From assembly GCF_004010195.1 (NCBI RefSeq), contig NC_057719.1, forward strand, positions 9,158,037 through 9,222,036: DNA of 64,000 bases, written 5' to 3'. The first letter of the stretch is position 1. Every line of letters starts with the position of its first letter. Made by a program: the position numbers and the translations under genes. This document shows positions 12,440-23,945 of the stretch, piece by piece. This DNA is from Chiloscyllium plagiosum. Lineage: Eukaryota. The notes beneath the pieces were generated by a model. It had not been told where the DNA came from. It searched no databases and saw only the letters and a program-made list of their open reading frames with translations.

Positions 12440-12675
12440 TCAGCTACCATCTCACTCAACCCTAGGTTGCAGACTCAAATCCCACTTCAGGCCAGAATCT
12501 CACACGGTACTGAACATGTGCTGGCTCTGCCTTCCAGGTGAGATATAAACCTGGGACCATAGTTCCCCTCTCAAGTCAGACGTGAAAGACTCCCAAATCA
12601 CTATTTCCAAAACAAAAAGCATGGTCACACCCTAGGGTTCTAACCATCAATTATCCCACAATCAACATCACTCAT
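12440..12675 (+). mobile_element. Old Deu-domain SINE relic
   Basis: ggtactga..tgctg..cc.tccaggtgagatataaacc..gacgtgaaaga.tccc..cactattt..aattatccc.caatcaacatcac. Confidence 0.55.
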
Positions 12676-13202
12676 CAATCAACAAACCAACTCATTTGGG
12701 GTGGGATTGTGTCACTGTGTGGTAACTCAGTTCACAAGTCCTGACTAGTGCTGTGGTCATGTGAGTTTAAATCTTATCCTGAGGGATTTTAAATGTAACA
12801 AGACGCTAGAGTTATTACTAGTCATCATTAAAACATGACTGCTTTCCCTCAATTATCTCCCAATTTCCCCCCCACCCCCACTTCCTTAACTGTTAACTGT
12901 TCAGATCATGTGGTAATACAATTCTATTGACCTATTCCAGTGCCTTAACCAAGACCAAGTTCCTCTGAAGTATAGAGAGGGAATGAAGACTGAATATGGG
13001 CCGGCAACGAACGCCACCAATAATCTCCTCACACCTGCAAATCTTCAGGCAAATCCAGAGTAAGGTAACGGTTAGCAGTCAGGATCAGTAACCTGGTCAT
13101 TTCCTCTTTGCCAATCCAGGGGACTTTGAGATTTACTCTGGAATACTTTGGTATCGCTGCTGTTCAGTTTAGTTGCAACTGACCATGAATCAAATGTGAG
13201 AT

Positions 13203-13946
13203 GATGAGGGCAGAGCGGTAGATGTGACCTATATGGACTTCAGTAAGGCGTTCGACAAGGTTCCCCATGGGAGACTGGTGAGCAAGGTTAGACCTCATGG
13301 AACAAAGGGAGAACTAGCCATTTGGATAAAGAACTGGCTCAAAGGTAGAAGACAGAGGGTGGTGGTGGAGGGTTGTTTTTCAGACTGGAAGCCTGTGACC
13401 AGTGGAGTGCCACAAGTACCGGTGCTAGGTCCTCTACTTTTTGTGATTTACATAAATGATTTGGATGCGAGCATTAGAGATACAGTTAGTAAGTTTGCAG
13501 ATGACACCAAATTGGAGGTGTAGTGGACAGCGAAGAGGGTTACCTCAGATTACAACAGGATCTGGATCAGATGGGCCAATGAGCTGAGAAGTGGCAAATG
13601 GAGTTTAATTCAGATATATGCGAGATGCTGCATTTTGAGAAAGCAAATCTTAGCAGGACTTATACACTTAATGGTAAGGTCCTAGGGAGTGTTGCTGAAC
13701 AAAGTGACCTTGGAATGCAGGTTCATAGTTCCTTTAAAGTGGAGTCGCAGGTAGATAGGATAGTGAAGAATGTGTTTGGTATGCTTTCATTTATTGGTCA
13801 GAGTATTAAGTACAGGAGTTCGGAGGTCATGTTGCGGCTGTACAGGACACTGATTAGGCCACTGTTGGAATATTGCGTGCAATTCTGGTCTCCCTCCTAT
13901 CGGAAAGATGTTGTGAAACTTGAAAGGGTTCAGAAAAGATTTACAA
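13203..13946 (+). mobile_element. CR1 RT fragment
   Basis: [54 protein letters not shown]; stops and frameshifts. Confidence 0.95.
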
Positions 13947-13949
13947 ATA

Positions 13950-14225
13950 TACATTCTGTACACATACGAGTCATGCTGTGTGTCAAAAAGTTGTCCCTTA
14001 TGTCTTTTTTTAAATCTCTCTCCTCTCACCTCAAAAACATGCCCCCAGTCTTGAAATCCTCGATGCGCAGGAAAAGGCACCTACTATTAATCCTATCCAT
14101 GTCCCTCATGATTTTATAAACCTCTGTAAGGCCACCTTTCAACCTCCTACACTTCAGTGAAACAAATCCCTGCCTGTGCAGCATTTCCTTAAAATTCAAA
14201 CCTTCCATATCCAGGAACATCCTGT
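13950..14225 (-). mobile_element. CR1 3' fragment, inverted relative to 13203-13946
   Basis: RRLKGGLTEVYKIMRDMDR on the minus strand. Confidence 0.85.
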
Positions 14226-14483
14226 TGACTTGGACTGTTAGACTTCTTTCCACATCTTATGGCCTGGTGGCTGCCAACATTAATCTGCCCTTCTGCAAGG
14301 ATGAATCTTTTCTTTCTGAACTGGACCTGTCTGTAGCCTGTCTCCATCTGTTTTCCTTTGGGTTGTAAAAGCTTTACTTAGTAAATATTCCAGCAATCAC
14401 CAGGTAGTGAACTCAAGTGGTCATTTATCTTAGGTCTCATGACTTCATGGAAGCGCTGTTTGAACTCTCTGCTAAAACAAAAT

Positions 14484-14698
14484 GAGAGTCGAGAGTGGGG
14501 TGCTGGAAAAGCGCAGCAGGCCAGAGAGCATCCGAGGAGCAGGAGAATCGATGTTTTGGGCATAAGCCCTTCATCAGGAATGACTGGTGAAGGCCTTAGG
14601 CCTGAAATGTCGACTCTGCTGCTCCTCGGATGCTGCCTGACGTGCTGTGCTTTTCCAGCACCACACTCTCGACTCCGATCCCGAGTCTTCACTTTCTA
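14484..14698. mobile_element. Palindromic PLE-derived element with two facing hammerhead-like cores
   Basis: Arms gagtcgagagtg.ggtgctggaaaagc..gcatccgaggagcag and the reverse complement; ccttcatcagg...ggtgaaggccttaggcctgaaatgtc in the centre. Confidence 0.8.
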
Positions 14699-14779
14699 CT
14701 AATAAAAAAATTAGTAGTTTAAAAAAAAAATCACCTTCACTGAACTGAAAGCCAAAGACTCATTTACCTCGACAAAGTC

Positions 14780-14961
14780 CCTCCTCCCTACCTTTTATCT
14801 TAGCCTGCTTGGCACACCCTCCTCATTCCTGAAGAAGGGCTTATGCCCAAAACGTCGATTCTCCTAAAAAAAAGCTCCTTGGATGCTGCCTGACCTGCTG
14901 CACTTTTCCAGAAACACCTTTTTCAGCTCTGATCTCCAGCATCTACAGTCCGCACTTTCTC
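14780..14961 (+). mobile_element. PLE 3' terminus
   Basis: Pyrimidine tract, then cattc-CTGAAGA-A-GGGC-TTAT-GCCC-aAAAC-GTC-gatt and ..ctccagcatct.cagtcc.cactttctcc. Confidence 0.8.
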
Positions 14962-15541
14962 CCATTATAACTCAAGTTCCAAGCTGATACTAATAATATA
15001 TTAATATAAGAATATATTTCAAGCCTTCATCATACTAAACCTAGGTTCACCGTATTTAGGTACTGAATGTCGAAAAGGGACTGACCAAGAAAGCCAAAAA
15101 GGTAGAAAGTGCCCATAAACTCAAGAGTGGAGTGAATGATTTTTTGGACAAAGAGATGGCACAATACAGAATCTTGATTGCCAGCAGTTTTGCCTTTTCA
15201 TTTTAGCAGTTAGTGCAGAGATAAATGGGTCCAGCAGGTTTTTTCACACAGCTGTTACAAAATAAACAAACCAGAGCATAGCTGAGCTGAGAGAACTGGC
15301 CACTCCCCTTTCATTGTACAATTGGTTTATTTTTAAAACGAGAAAGCCTTCTGCCTAAGGCAGTATCTGTTAGTCATAAACAAATTGGCCCTGAAACCCT
15401 TCAACTCCCAACTTTTTGGAGTTTGTGTCTTTTATGATCTCTCTGAAAAAGAAAGCCAAGGACAGCATGACCTTGTTAAAGGAGCAGCTTCTTCCCACCA
15501 GGTTGTTATAATCCAACAGGTTTATTTGGAAGCACAAGCCG

Positions 15542-15850
15542 AGGTGGCACGGTTGCTCAGTGGTTAGCACTGCTGCCTCATAGCACCAGGGTCCCAGGTT
15601 AAATCCCAGCCTTGGGCGACTGTGTGGAGTTTGCACATTCTCCCCGTGTCTCTGTGGGTTTTCTCCAAGTGCCCCGGTTTCCTCCCACAGTCCAAAGATG
15701 TGCAGGTCAGGTGAATTGGCCACGCTAAATTGCCCATAGTGTTAGGTGCATTCGTCAGAAGGAGATGGGTCTGGGTGGGTTACTCTTTGGAGGATCGTTG
15801 TGGACTGGTTGGGCCGAAGGGCCTGTTTCCACACTGTAGGGAATCTAATC
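15542..15850 (+). mobile_element. Full-length HE1 V-SINE
   Basis: Head ggtggcacgg..gctcagtggttagcactgctgcctca; tail gggcctgtttccacactgtagggaatctaatc. Confidence 0.92.
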
Positions 15851-15934
15851 TTTCGGAACACTGTTTCCTCGTGTGGTGAACTTCACCTGATGAAGAAGCA
15901 GTGCGTCAAAAGCTTCTGATTTCAAATAAACCTG

Positions 15935-16428
15935 TTGAAACTTGAAAGGGTTCAGAAAAGATTTACAAGATTGTTGCCAGGGATGGAGGATTTGAGCTAT
16001 CGGGAGAGGCTGAACAGGCTGGGGCTGTTTTCCCTGGAGCATCGGAGGCTGAGGGGTGTCCTTATAGAGGTTTACAATATTATGAGAGGCATGGAAAGGG
16101 TAAGTAGACAAAGTCTTTTCCCTGGGGTGGGGGAGTCGAGAACTAGGGGGCATATGTTTAGGGAGAGAGGAGAAAAATATAAAATGGACCTACGGGGCAA
16201 CGTTATCACACAGAGGGTGGTACGTGTATGGAATGAGCTGCCAGAGGAAGTGGTGGAGGCTGGTACAATTGCAACATTTAAGAGGCATTTGGATGGGTAT
16301 ATGAATAGGAAGGGTTTGGAGGGATATGGGCCGGGTGCTGGCAGGTGGGACTAGATTGGGATGGGATATCTGATGGGCATGGATGGGTTGGCCCGAAGGG
16401 TCTGTTTCTGTGCTGTACATCTCTATGA
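15935..16428 (+). mobile_element. CR1 3' end
   Basis: KLERVQKRFTRLLPG..LEHRRLRG.LIEVY..TQRVVRVWNELP..FKRHLD; tail ctgtacatctctatgac. Confidence 0.93.
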
Positions 16429-17444
16429 CTATAACCTGGAGTCATGTGACCTCTGACCTTGTCCATCCCAATTCAACACTGGCACCTCCATATTATTCCT
16501 ACTGAGTTTGTCAAACACCATCTCAGAATGTTCCGCTGTATAGGAATATTTCAAGGATTTATAGAGTGGAAGTCCATCCATGTGAAAATGAAAGACATAA
16601 ATAATAGGAACCAAGGAAGCATTCAGGTTAAGCAAGCAAATTGCAAACAGCTTATTTTTCTACAAACGTAAGAAGTTATGGAGTCAAAAGTAATTTAAAG
16701 AGAAGCAAATGGTGGTGGGAAGGCAGGTATGAAAAGCTAAGTCAATGGGAACAGTGGGTATGATCCTTTCTAATAACATGAAACGCAGGCAGTGTCATCT
16801 AAAAAGTTAATTTAAGATAGAAATTCTGGAGGATCAGCAAGTGACGTATGGAACAGTTTCCGCATCACTCTCCACATAACAAGGTAATGACTGCTGATGG
16901 ATTTGCACTAACTATAGCAGAAGTCATTTTCTTATCTCCTTAGCTCCAAATATACCACCCGTAAACACACTTTACCTTCCCGCTGTGTTGAGACAAGACT
17001 TAACTTGGGTTTGCTGGACGAGAGAAGATTAAGGAGAGATCTAATTGAGATTTTTGAGGTCATGAATGCAATTGTGAGTGCAGATTGAGGAAAACATTTT
17101 CTTCTGGTGGGCCACTGGAATTTTAGATTGGAACTAGGCTATCTGGGGATGTAGTTAAAGGGCATTTTTTTCAGATTTTGAAAACATGAAACTCCCTCCC
17201 AGAAAATGTCATTAAGGTTACAAGCTGAGTCACAATTTCAAAACTGGAATGTATTGATTTTTGCTGGAGACAAGATCTGGAAGCAGATGGCTGAGTGAAT
17301 GGAGCTGGGGTACTGTTCAGCTACAATCGCATTAAACAGCAGTACAGCTCAGTGCAAAGGATGGACCAACTGACCACTGCTGTGGCTATGACTCTGTTCC
17401 CTTCCTTCTGCAGCAAGGCAAAATGTGGCCATCATCCAACAATT

Positions 17445-17812
17445 GGGATGACACCAGGATTGGTGGCATAGTGGACAGTAAATGTTTTCCAAGATTACAA
17501 AGCAATCTTGATTAATTGGGTCAATTGGCTGAAGAGTGGCAGATGGAATTTGGTTTGGATAAATGCGAGATATCGCATTTCGCTAAAACAAACATGGGCA
17601 GGACTTATATAATTAAAAGTAAGGTCTTGGATAGTATTTTAGAACAGAGAGAGAGCTAGGGGTTCAATTATATAATTCTTTAAAGTTTGCATCGCATTTA
17701 GACATGGTAGTTAAGAATCATTTAGCACGCTTGACTTCATTGCTCAGACCGTTGAGTACAGGAGTTGGGACGTCATATTGAGGTTGTACAAGACATTGGT
17801 GAAGCCTCTTTT
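17445..17812 (+). mobile_element. CR1 RT fragment
   Basis: gatgacacca..gtggacagt..gagtggcagatgga..gttgtacaagacattggtgaagcc, degraded. Confidence 0.8.
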
Positions 17813-18117
17813 GGGCAGCATGGTGGCTCAATGGTCAGCACTGCTGCCTCACAGCGCCAGGGACCTGGGTTCAATTCCTGCCTCGGGCAACTATCTGTGT
17901 GGAGTTTGCACATTCTCCCCGTGTCTGTGTGGGTGTGCTCCGGTTTCCTCCCACAGTCCAAAGATATGCAGGTTAGGTGAATTGGCCATGCTAAATTGCC
18001 CGTAGTATTAGGTGCATTAGTAAATGTAGGGGAATGGGATTGGTTAGTTGCTCATCGGAAGGTCGGTGTGGACTTGTTGGGCCGAAGTGTCTGTTTCCAC
18101 ACTGTAGGGAATCTAAT
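17813..18117 (+). mobile_element. HE1 V-SINE
   Basis: Full head-to-tail match to the other HE1 copies. Confidence 0.9.
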
Positions 18118-18389
18118 CAAATTGAATGTTCTGTTAGTTCTATTCTTGGCTCAAGAAAAGATTTTGGACAGAATACTTGTAAAATGTTGCAGCTGATTTG
18201 CTGTGAAACTTTATGCACCTAATTAATGGGTTCTGGATCAATATTTCTACTGAAAGACAACGGAATCAGAGAATTGTTAAGCTGCAGAAGGAGAGCCATT
18301 TAGTCTATTGTGTCTGAACTAGCTCTATTACCTAGCACCAATCTCCTGCCCTTTCCCCATATCCCTTTCATACCATTTCTATCCAAGTA

Positions 18390-18675
18390 TTCTACCACTT
18401 GAAGGACAAGGGCAGCAGATATATAGGAACACCACCACCTGCAAGTTCCCCTCAAGCCCCTCACCATCCTGACATGGAAATATATCACCATTCCTTCACT
18501 GTCACTGGGTCAAAATCCTGGGATTCCCTCCCTCAGGGCATTGTGGGTTAACCCCCAGCAGGTGGACTGCAGCGGTTCAAGAAGGCAGCTCACCCCCCAC
18601 CTTCTCAAGGGGCAACTAGGAACAGGCCATAAATGCTGGTCCAGCCAGGACACCCACATCCCACAAATGAACAAA
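18390..18675 (+). mobile_element. 3' end of a second CR1-group LINE (non-HER1)
   Basis: gaaggacaagggcagcagat..caaaatcctgg.attccctccc..gttcaagaaggcagctcacc..ataaatgctgg; recurs at 33805-34075, 39300-39550, 41125-42055 and 45225-45740. Confidence 0.75.
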
Positions 18676-18689
18676 CAACTTCATCATCG

Positions 18690-18985
18690 CGGTGTGGTGG
18701 CACAGTGGTTAGCACTGTTGCCTCACAGTACGAGGATCCCATGTTCAATTCCAGCCTTGGGTGACTGACTGTGTGGAGTTTGCACATTCTCCCTGTGTCC
18801 GCGTGGGTTTCCTCCAGATGCTCCGGTTTCCTCCCACAGTCCAAAGATGTGTAGGTTAGGTGAATTGGTCATGCTAAATTGCCTGTAGAGTTAGGGGGAG
18901 TGGGTCTGGGTGGGTTACTCTTCGGAGGGTCTGTGTGGACTAGTTGGGCTGAAGGGCCTGTTTCCACACTGTAGGGAAGCTAATC
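18690..18985 (+). mobile_element. HE1 V-SINE
   Basis: A/B boxes, V-domain and tail. Confidence 0.9.
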
Positions 18986-19106
18986 CAATACCCTCATGAT
19001 TGCTTCAATTGAACCTACCTCCTCCACATTTCCAGGGACCTCTCAGAACCCAGGGTTCACGAATCTCAATAGTGCTGCTTCGTCAACTGACACCAAATGC
19101 TCAAAA

Positions 19107-19300
19107 TTCTGGATTAGTGGTGCTGGAAGAGCACAGCAGTTCATGCAGCATCCAAGGAGCAGTGAAATCGACGTTTCGGGCAAAAGCCCTTCATCAGGAA
19201 TCGTCGATTTCGCTGCTCCTTGGATGCTGCTTGAATTGCTGTGCTCTTCCAGCACCACTAATCCAGAATCTGGTTTCCAGCATCTGCAGTCATTGTTTTT
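19107..19300. mobile_element. Palindromic PLE-derived element with intact hammerhead core and 15-bp TSD
   Basis: accaaatgctcaaaa at 19092-19106 and 19301-19315. Minus strand 19197-19170: CTGATGA-A-GGGC-TTTT-GCCC-GAAAC-GTC. Confidence 0.88.
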
Positions 19301-20639
19301 ACCAAATGCTCAAAAGCCAGGCTTGAACCCACAATTTTCAGTCTGAGAGGCAAGAATGCCGTTGCTGAGCCTAGGCTGTTACTTATCACTGAGATTACCA
19401 TTTGTCAAGTGTGAACGAATTCAGAGTTGCATTTTATCTGCAAGTTAGATCACCTCCCTCCAGGGACTGAGCAGATTGCACCCAGTCCACAATGGGGTGT
19501 ACAGTGCAGGACTGTAGGTCGGAATTGGTGTGACAGGAGAAGCAGGCATTTGTTGTGTTGCTTCCTCATGAATCCATTGTACATTGTGAACTTTGTTGGA
19601 AAATTGCGGATGGTTCCATATTCTTAGTATTCTTTTTTTAATAAGCATTTACTCAGACTTTCCAAATAGCAGAAGTCATGCAGCACCTTCTACAGAAGGT
19701 GACTGTGTGTGCAACGTGGGTTGTAAACACTGTACAATGTGTAATGTGGGCAGAAGAAACACTTGCACAACATCCAAATTAACAGTCACAATTACTCAGT
19801 TAATAGGGGTGATTGCAGGGAGTGTAGGTTGAAGATGGGTGGGGAACTACACTCTCAATAAATGTACAGAAAATAGTGGGTCCGGTAGAAGTAATGTCGC
19901 AAACATGCATGACATTATATTAACGGGAGGCACTTGCATTTAAATAGCACCTTTCACCCCCATGGGAAGTCCCAGAACAATAAGTCATTTTTAAACTGGA
20001 GTCACAATTGCAGCTCAGCAAACACACAGCCCCTGCAACTGCAATACCCCACAAACAGGGATGTGATAGTGATCAGACTGTCTTGGTCATGGGAGTGCCT
20101 TGGGGGGGCCAGCAATCAGAGCAAATCAGCAATCGACATTTCACAGCATTGGTCTCTTTGGACAATTGGCTTGGGAAAAGTTGACAAGATTTTAAATTTC
20201 TGAGCAAGCAAAATCAACGATACAAGTCTCAGCAAAGAGTTTCAGCCATTTCCCTGTAAGCTTCGGTCGGAAGAAAATTGAATGCGATGCAAAATCATTT
20301 GCTGATTTACTTTTGTCTTGTTTTTCTATTCACTCGTGGGATGTGAGTGCCTCTGGCTGGGCCAGTGTTTACTGCCCATGCCCTTGAGGAGATGGTGATG
20401 AGCTGACGTTTTGAAACGCTGCAGTCCATATGCTGGCTTGTTTTAAAAAAAAGCATTTTGTGCTGTTAATGGGGACTAAATTCTGTCACGTTAAGTAAGA
20501 GACAAATATTGACTTGGACAGTAAGCACAGCTTCCTTTGAAACAGTTCTGTGTGTTGAAACGGGGCTGTTAGGGTTTTAGTTTAATGTCTCGTTTTAATG
20601 TCAGCACCTCGAACAATGCTGCACTCTCTCGGTACTACT

Positions 20640-20900
20640 TTAAAGGTGAGGGGTGAAAGTTTAAAGAAGATGTGCGAGTTTTTTAAACAGTGAGTGTTAG
20701 GTTTCTGGAGTGCACTGCCATGGAGCAGAAGTGGAAGCAGACATGATAGCGATATTTAAGAGGGGTTTAGGTAGACACATGAACAGGTAGGGAGTAGAGG
20801 GAAATGGAGCCTGTGCAGGTGCATGAGATTAATTTGGAATGGTATCATGGTTGGCACAGACATGGTGGGCCGAAGGGCTTGCTCCTTTGCTGTACTGTTC
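20640..20900 (+). mobile_element. CR1 3' end
   Basis: tttaaaggtgagggg..ggtagacacatgaacagg..gggccgaagggc.tgctcct..gctgtactgttct. Confidence 0.75.
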
Positions 20901-21439
20901 TTAGCACATTAGAATTGTCAGTCTACATTATGACAACAAGTCTCTGAAACTGATCAAGCATCCATGATTCAATGACAAGAGCATTTTGCATGCAGCCACT
21001 TTCAGATGAAGCATCCCATTGTTAAACTAGGTGCCTTACATTTTTCACAGAAGACTGTGAGAGGAACACCATTGTGATACTGAATGAGCATCAGTGTACT
21101 CACTCTGCATCAGGGAGGAGAGGTTTACAGTCTATTCAATATTATATTGCTCACAGGTTTACAAGTTCCAGCTGGACACCACTTCGGATCTTGTTCACAC
21201 CAGGTAGCACCAAGCATTGATGGGAGAGCCTGGAACAGGACCAGGCAGATAGGGGGTGAGAGAAAGAATTTTAAAATGAGACCTGGGCTGTTCAGGAATT
21301 ATGTTAGGAAGCCGTTTCTTTATCCAGTAAGTGGAAATCTGGAATTCAATATCCTCAAAAAGCTGTTGAGAATATTGCAAAGTTCCAAATTACCATAGAA
21401 AGTGACCCCTTTGTCTGCCTACACTTTTGTTTTTAACTT

Positions 21440-21650
21440 ACTTGTGTTGGGCTCTGTCTTCCCCTATACACTCACTCCATTCCCCCCATTCCCTGTCATC
21501 AGCATAAATACCAGCTTTTCCAAGCTGCTGTCACATCTGAAGAAAAGTCACTGGATTCGAAATGTTAACTCTGTTTTCTCCAAACGGGTGCCGACAGGCC
21601 TGCTGAGTTTCTCCAGCAATTTCTGTTTTTGGTTGCTTCAGATCTCCAGT
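21440..21650 (+). mobile_element. PLE 3' terminus, family B
   Basis: Pyrimidine-rich tract, then CTGAAGA-A-AAGTC-ACTG-GATTC-GAAA-TG-TT-aactctg and cctgctgagtttctccagcaatttctg. Confidence 0.65.
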
Positions 21651-22962
21651 ACTCACATGATGTTTCATTTTATGGGTAACCTTTTGGCTGTGCAAGGGCT
21701 TCATGGGACTATGGAAGCAAGGCAGAACCTTATGTTTAGACAATAACAAGTGATCAGACTTCAGAGAGGTCCATTAAAGGATCACTCGCAAGGAATTAAG
21801 GGCTACGGGGAGAGTGCGGGTAAGTGAAATTAAAATGCCTATCAGCCATGATTAAATGGCGGAGTGGACTCGATGGGCCGAATGGCCTTGCTTCCACTCC
21901 TATGTCTTATGGTCTTAAATATCCTCTTAACCATCTCTGCTCCAGTTAGAATAGCAGCAAGTTGGTCTTGTATGAATTTCAGGGTGGGGCTGATGGACAG
22001 CAGAAGACCTGCCCTGGTTTTACATTGCATATCGGCTCCTGCACAGCTTTTTCTGAGAAATCGTATTGACAAAGCAACATTGACTTGCTAGGCGACTGAC
22101 ATGACGTTTGGAATTGAAGGTGGAGTTGGCACGACTAAATTTTAAAGTCAAGGTGAATTTCTTCATTGTGGGAGCTAAACAATCACAGCAACACATTTCA
22201 CAGAGATATATATATTGTTACTCGGAATTCACAGGAGGATTGGTGGTGTCTTGATTGTTGTCCTAGTCTCTGAACTCAGAGTTTTGGGTCCAATCCCCAT
22301 TCGAAGGTATAATAGCTAAGGAAGGTGTATTTGATACGCGTCCAAACAGACTATCAATCTGCAAAGGCTTGCAATGTACCCAAAGAGTGGAAGGAGTCTG
22401 TGCCAGCCATGTGATGGAACCAAAATTGGAGCTTCTACCATCACCATCCACAGCTCCAGACTATAATGTACAGATATGTTTCAATCAATTTGTTCAAAGA
22501 TGCTACAAAATGCTTCTGGAAGCAGGAGAAACTTGAACTTGGGCCGTCCAGATCAAAGGTAGGGGCATCATCACTGTTCAACAAGATTCTGAACCTGTAT
22601 ACAATGTGTATGTTGCAATTCAGATTGCTGGGAAAGGGGCTAGTCTGGATCAAGATGGTGTCCATAGCGTGGGGATGGCTCACAGACGGCATTTAGAACA
22701 AGCTTCCTCTCTCCACCTATGGGTTGGACCTGCCTTTGGGCAGGGAGCTTAGAAAGGAGATAGAGTCACTTATCAGACTTTTCTTTGAATGCTTCTGTGC
22801 TTTGAATAGAAGTTGTAGCAAATTCCACACTTTAACAACAAACAATTCTCCTGAATTCCCTGCTACTGTCTTATAGTTACGACTGCAGTGCTGCTCTGTT
22901 AAGAAAATGGAAGCATCTTCTCTACAGTTACCCAATCAGAATATAGCACAGTCTTAGAAGAC

Positions 22963-23075
22963 TCTCATGGTGCAGTGGTAATGTTTCTGCCTCTAAGCCA
23001 GGAGGCCTGGGTTCAAGTCCCACCTGCTGCAGAGGTGTCTAAGAACACGTCTGAGCACTTTGCTGAGGGAATATC
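22963..23075 (+). mobile_element. Short tRNA-derived SINE head
   Basis: A-box-like tggtgcagtggt and B-box-like ggttcaagtccc; no convincing cloverleaf. Confidence 0.55.
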
Positions 23076-23945
23076 TACTCATTGGAACTTAGAAGAATGA
23101 GAAGCGATCTGTGGTGAAACGGTTAAAAATTATGTCCCAATACATGTGTGAATCTAACCGGAATGGAGGTGTTGCTTAGTCCCGTGTGAATCTTATTACA
23201 CACCTCCCCGTGTGAATCTTCTTATCTGTATGTAACCAGAATGGAATGTGTTTTTTAGCCTTGCTCTGCTGTTCACATGAATGTTTATATCTGGAAAAGA
23301 GTATATCAGCTGGAAAAGTCTCCAGTTCGGTGAGTCTGCTCCGGGGTTACGTTTAACCGCCGAGCGTGGGTTGTTGGCAACCGCTCTACGAGAACTGACG
23401 GCTCCCAGTTCCGGTAACATGTAGAGTGAGTATAAGCCAGACCCGTTTAAAGTATGAGACCTGGTTGTGGCGACGCTGCGGGGAATAAAATGCTCATATT
23501 CTAGCAGACTCGCCTCTTGGTCGTTTGTTCTGTGTCAGACTACTCTCCTACGAACCTGACCTTGAGAATTTTTTAAAACACGATCTCATTGAAACATTTC
23601 GGATTCTTAAGGGGCTGGTCACGATAAATGTTGCGAGGATGCTTCCCCTGATGGGAGAATGTAGGAAAGGGGGCATAGTCTCAGAATAAAGGGGCATCAC
23701 TTTATGGCTGAGATGAGGATGAATGTCTTTTGAACTCCTTGCCAGAGAGAGCTGTTCGGGCAGAGTCCTTGTGAATATTTAAGGCCGAGATCGATACATT
23801 CTTGATCAGTCAGGAAATCGAGGGTTACAGGGTAAGGGCAGGAAAGTGGCTGTGAGGAACATCATATCAGTCACGATCCCACTGAATGGCAGAGAAAGCT
23901 TGAGGGGCTGAACCATCTACTCCTGTTCCTACATCCTATGGTCTT
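23075..23945 (+). mobile_element. CR1 3' end split by a solo LTR
   Basis: agaagaatgagaagcgatc|LTR|cgatc-tcattgaaacattt restores RRMRSDLIETFRIL. Confidence 0.85.
23110..23580 (+). mobile_element. Solo LTR (471 bp)
   Basis: TGT...ACA termini; 5-bp TSD cgatc at 23105-23109 and 23581-23585; TATAAG at 23431; AATAAA at 23484; repeated gtgtgaatct motifs upstream. Confidence 0.9.

Larger units (their letters stand above)
15496..16490. mobile_element. Family D palindromic PLE derivative interrupted by HE1 (15542-15850) and CR1 (15935-16428)
   Basis: Left arm caccaggtt..tccaacaggtttatttggaagcacaagc|tttcgg; centre cac-CTGATGA-A..aaagctt; right arm aaataaacctgttg|gactataacctgg..caacactggcacctcca. Confidence 0.75.

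Noticed and set aside
14484..14698. Classical MITE or pre-miRNA hairpin
   Set aside because: Arms match PLE termini seen attached to a PLE ORF end at 41194-41823, related copies have long variable TSDs, and no known miRNA mature sequence was recognised.
14965..15495. Possible further interspersed repeat or LTR
   Set aside because: It looks repeat-like, but I found no termini, TSD or second copy in the window to support a call.
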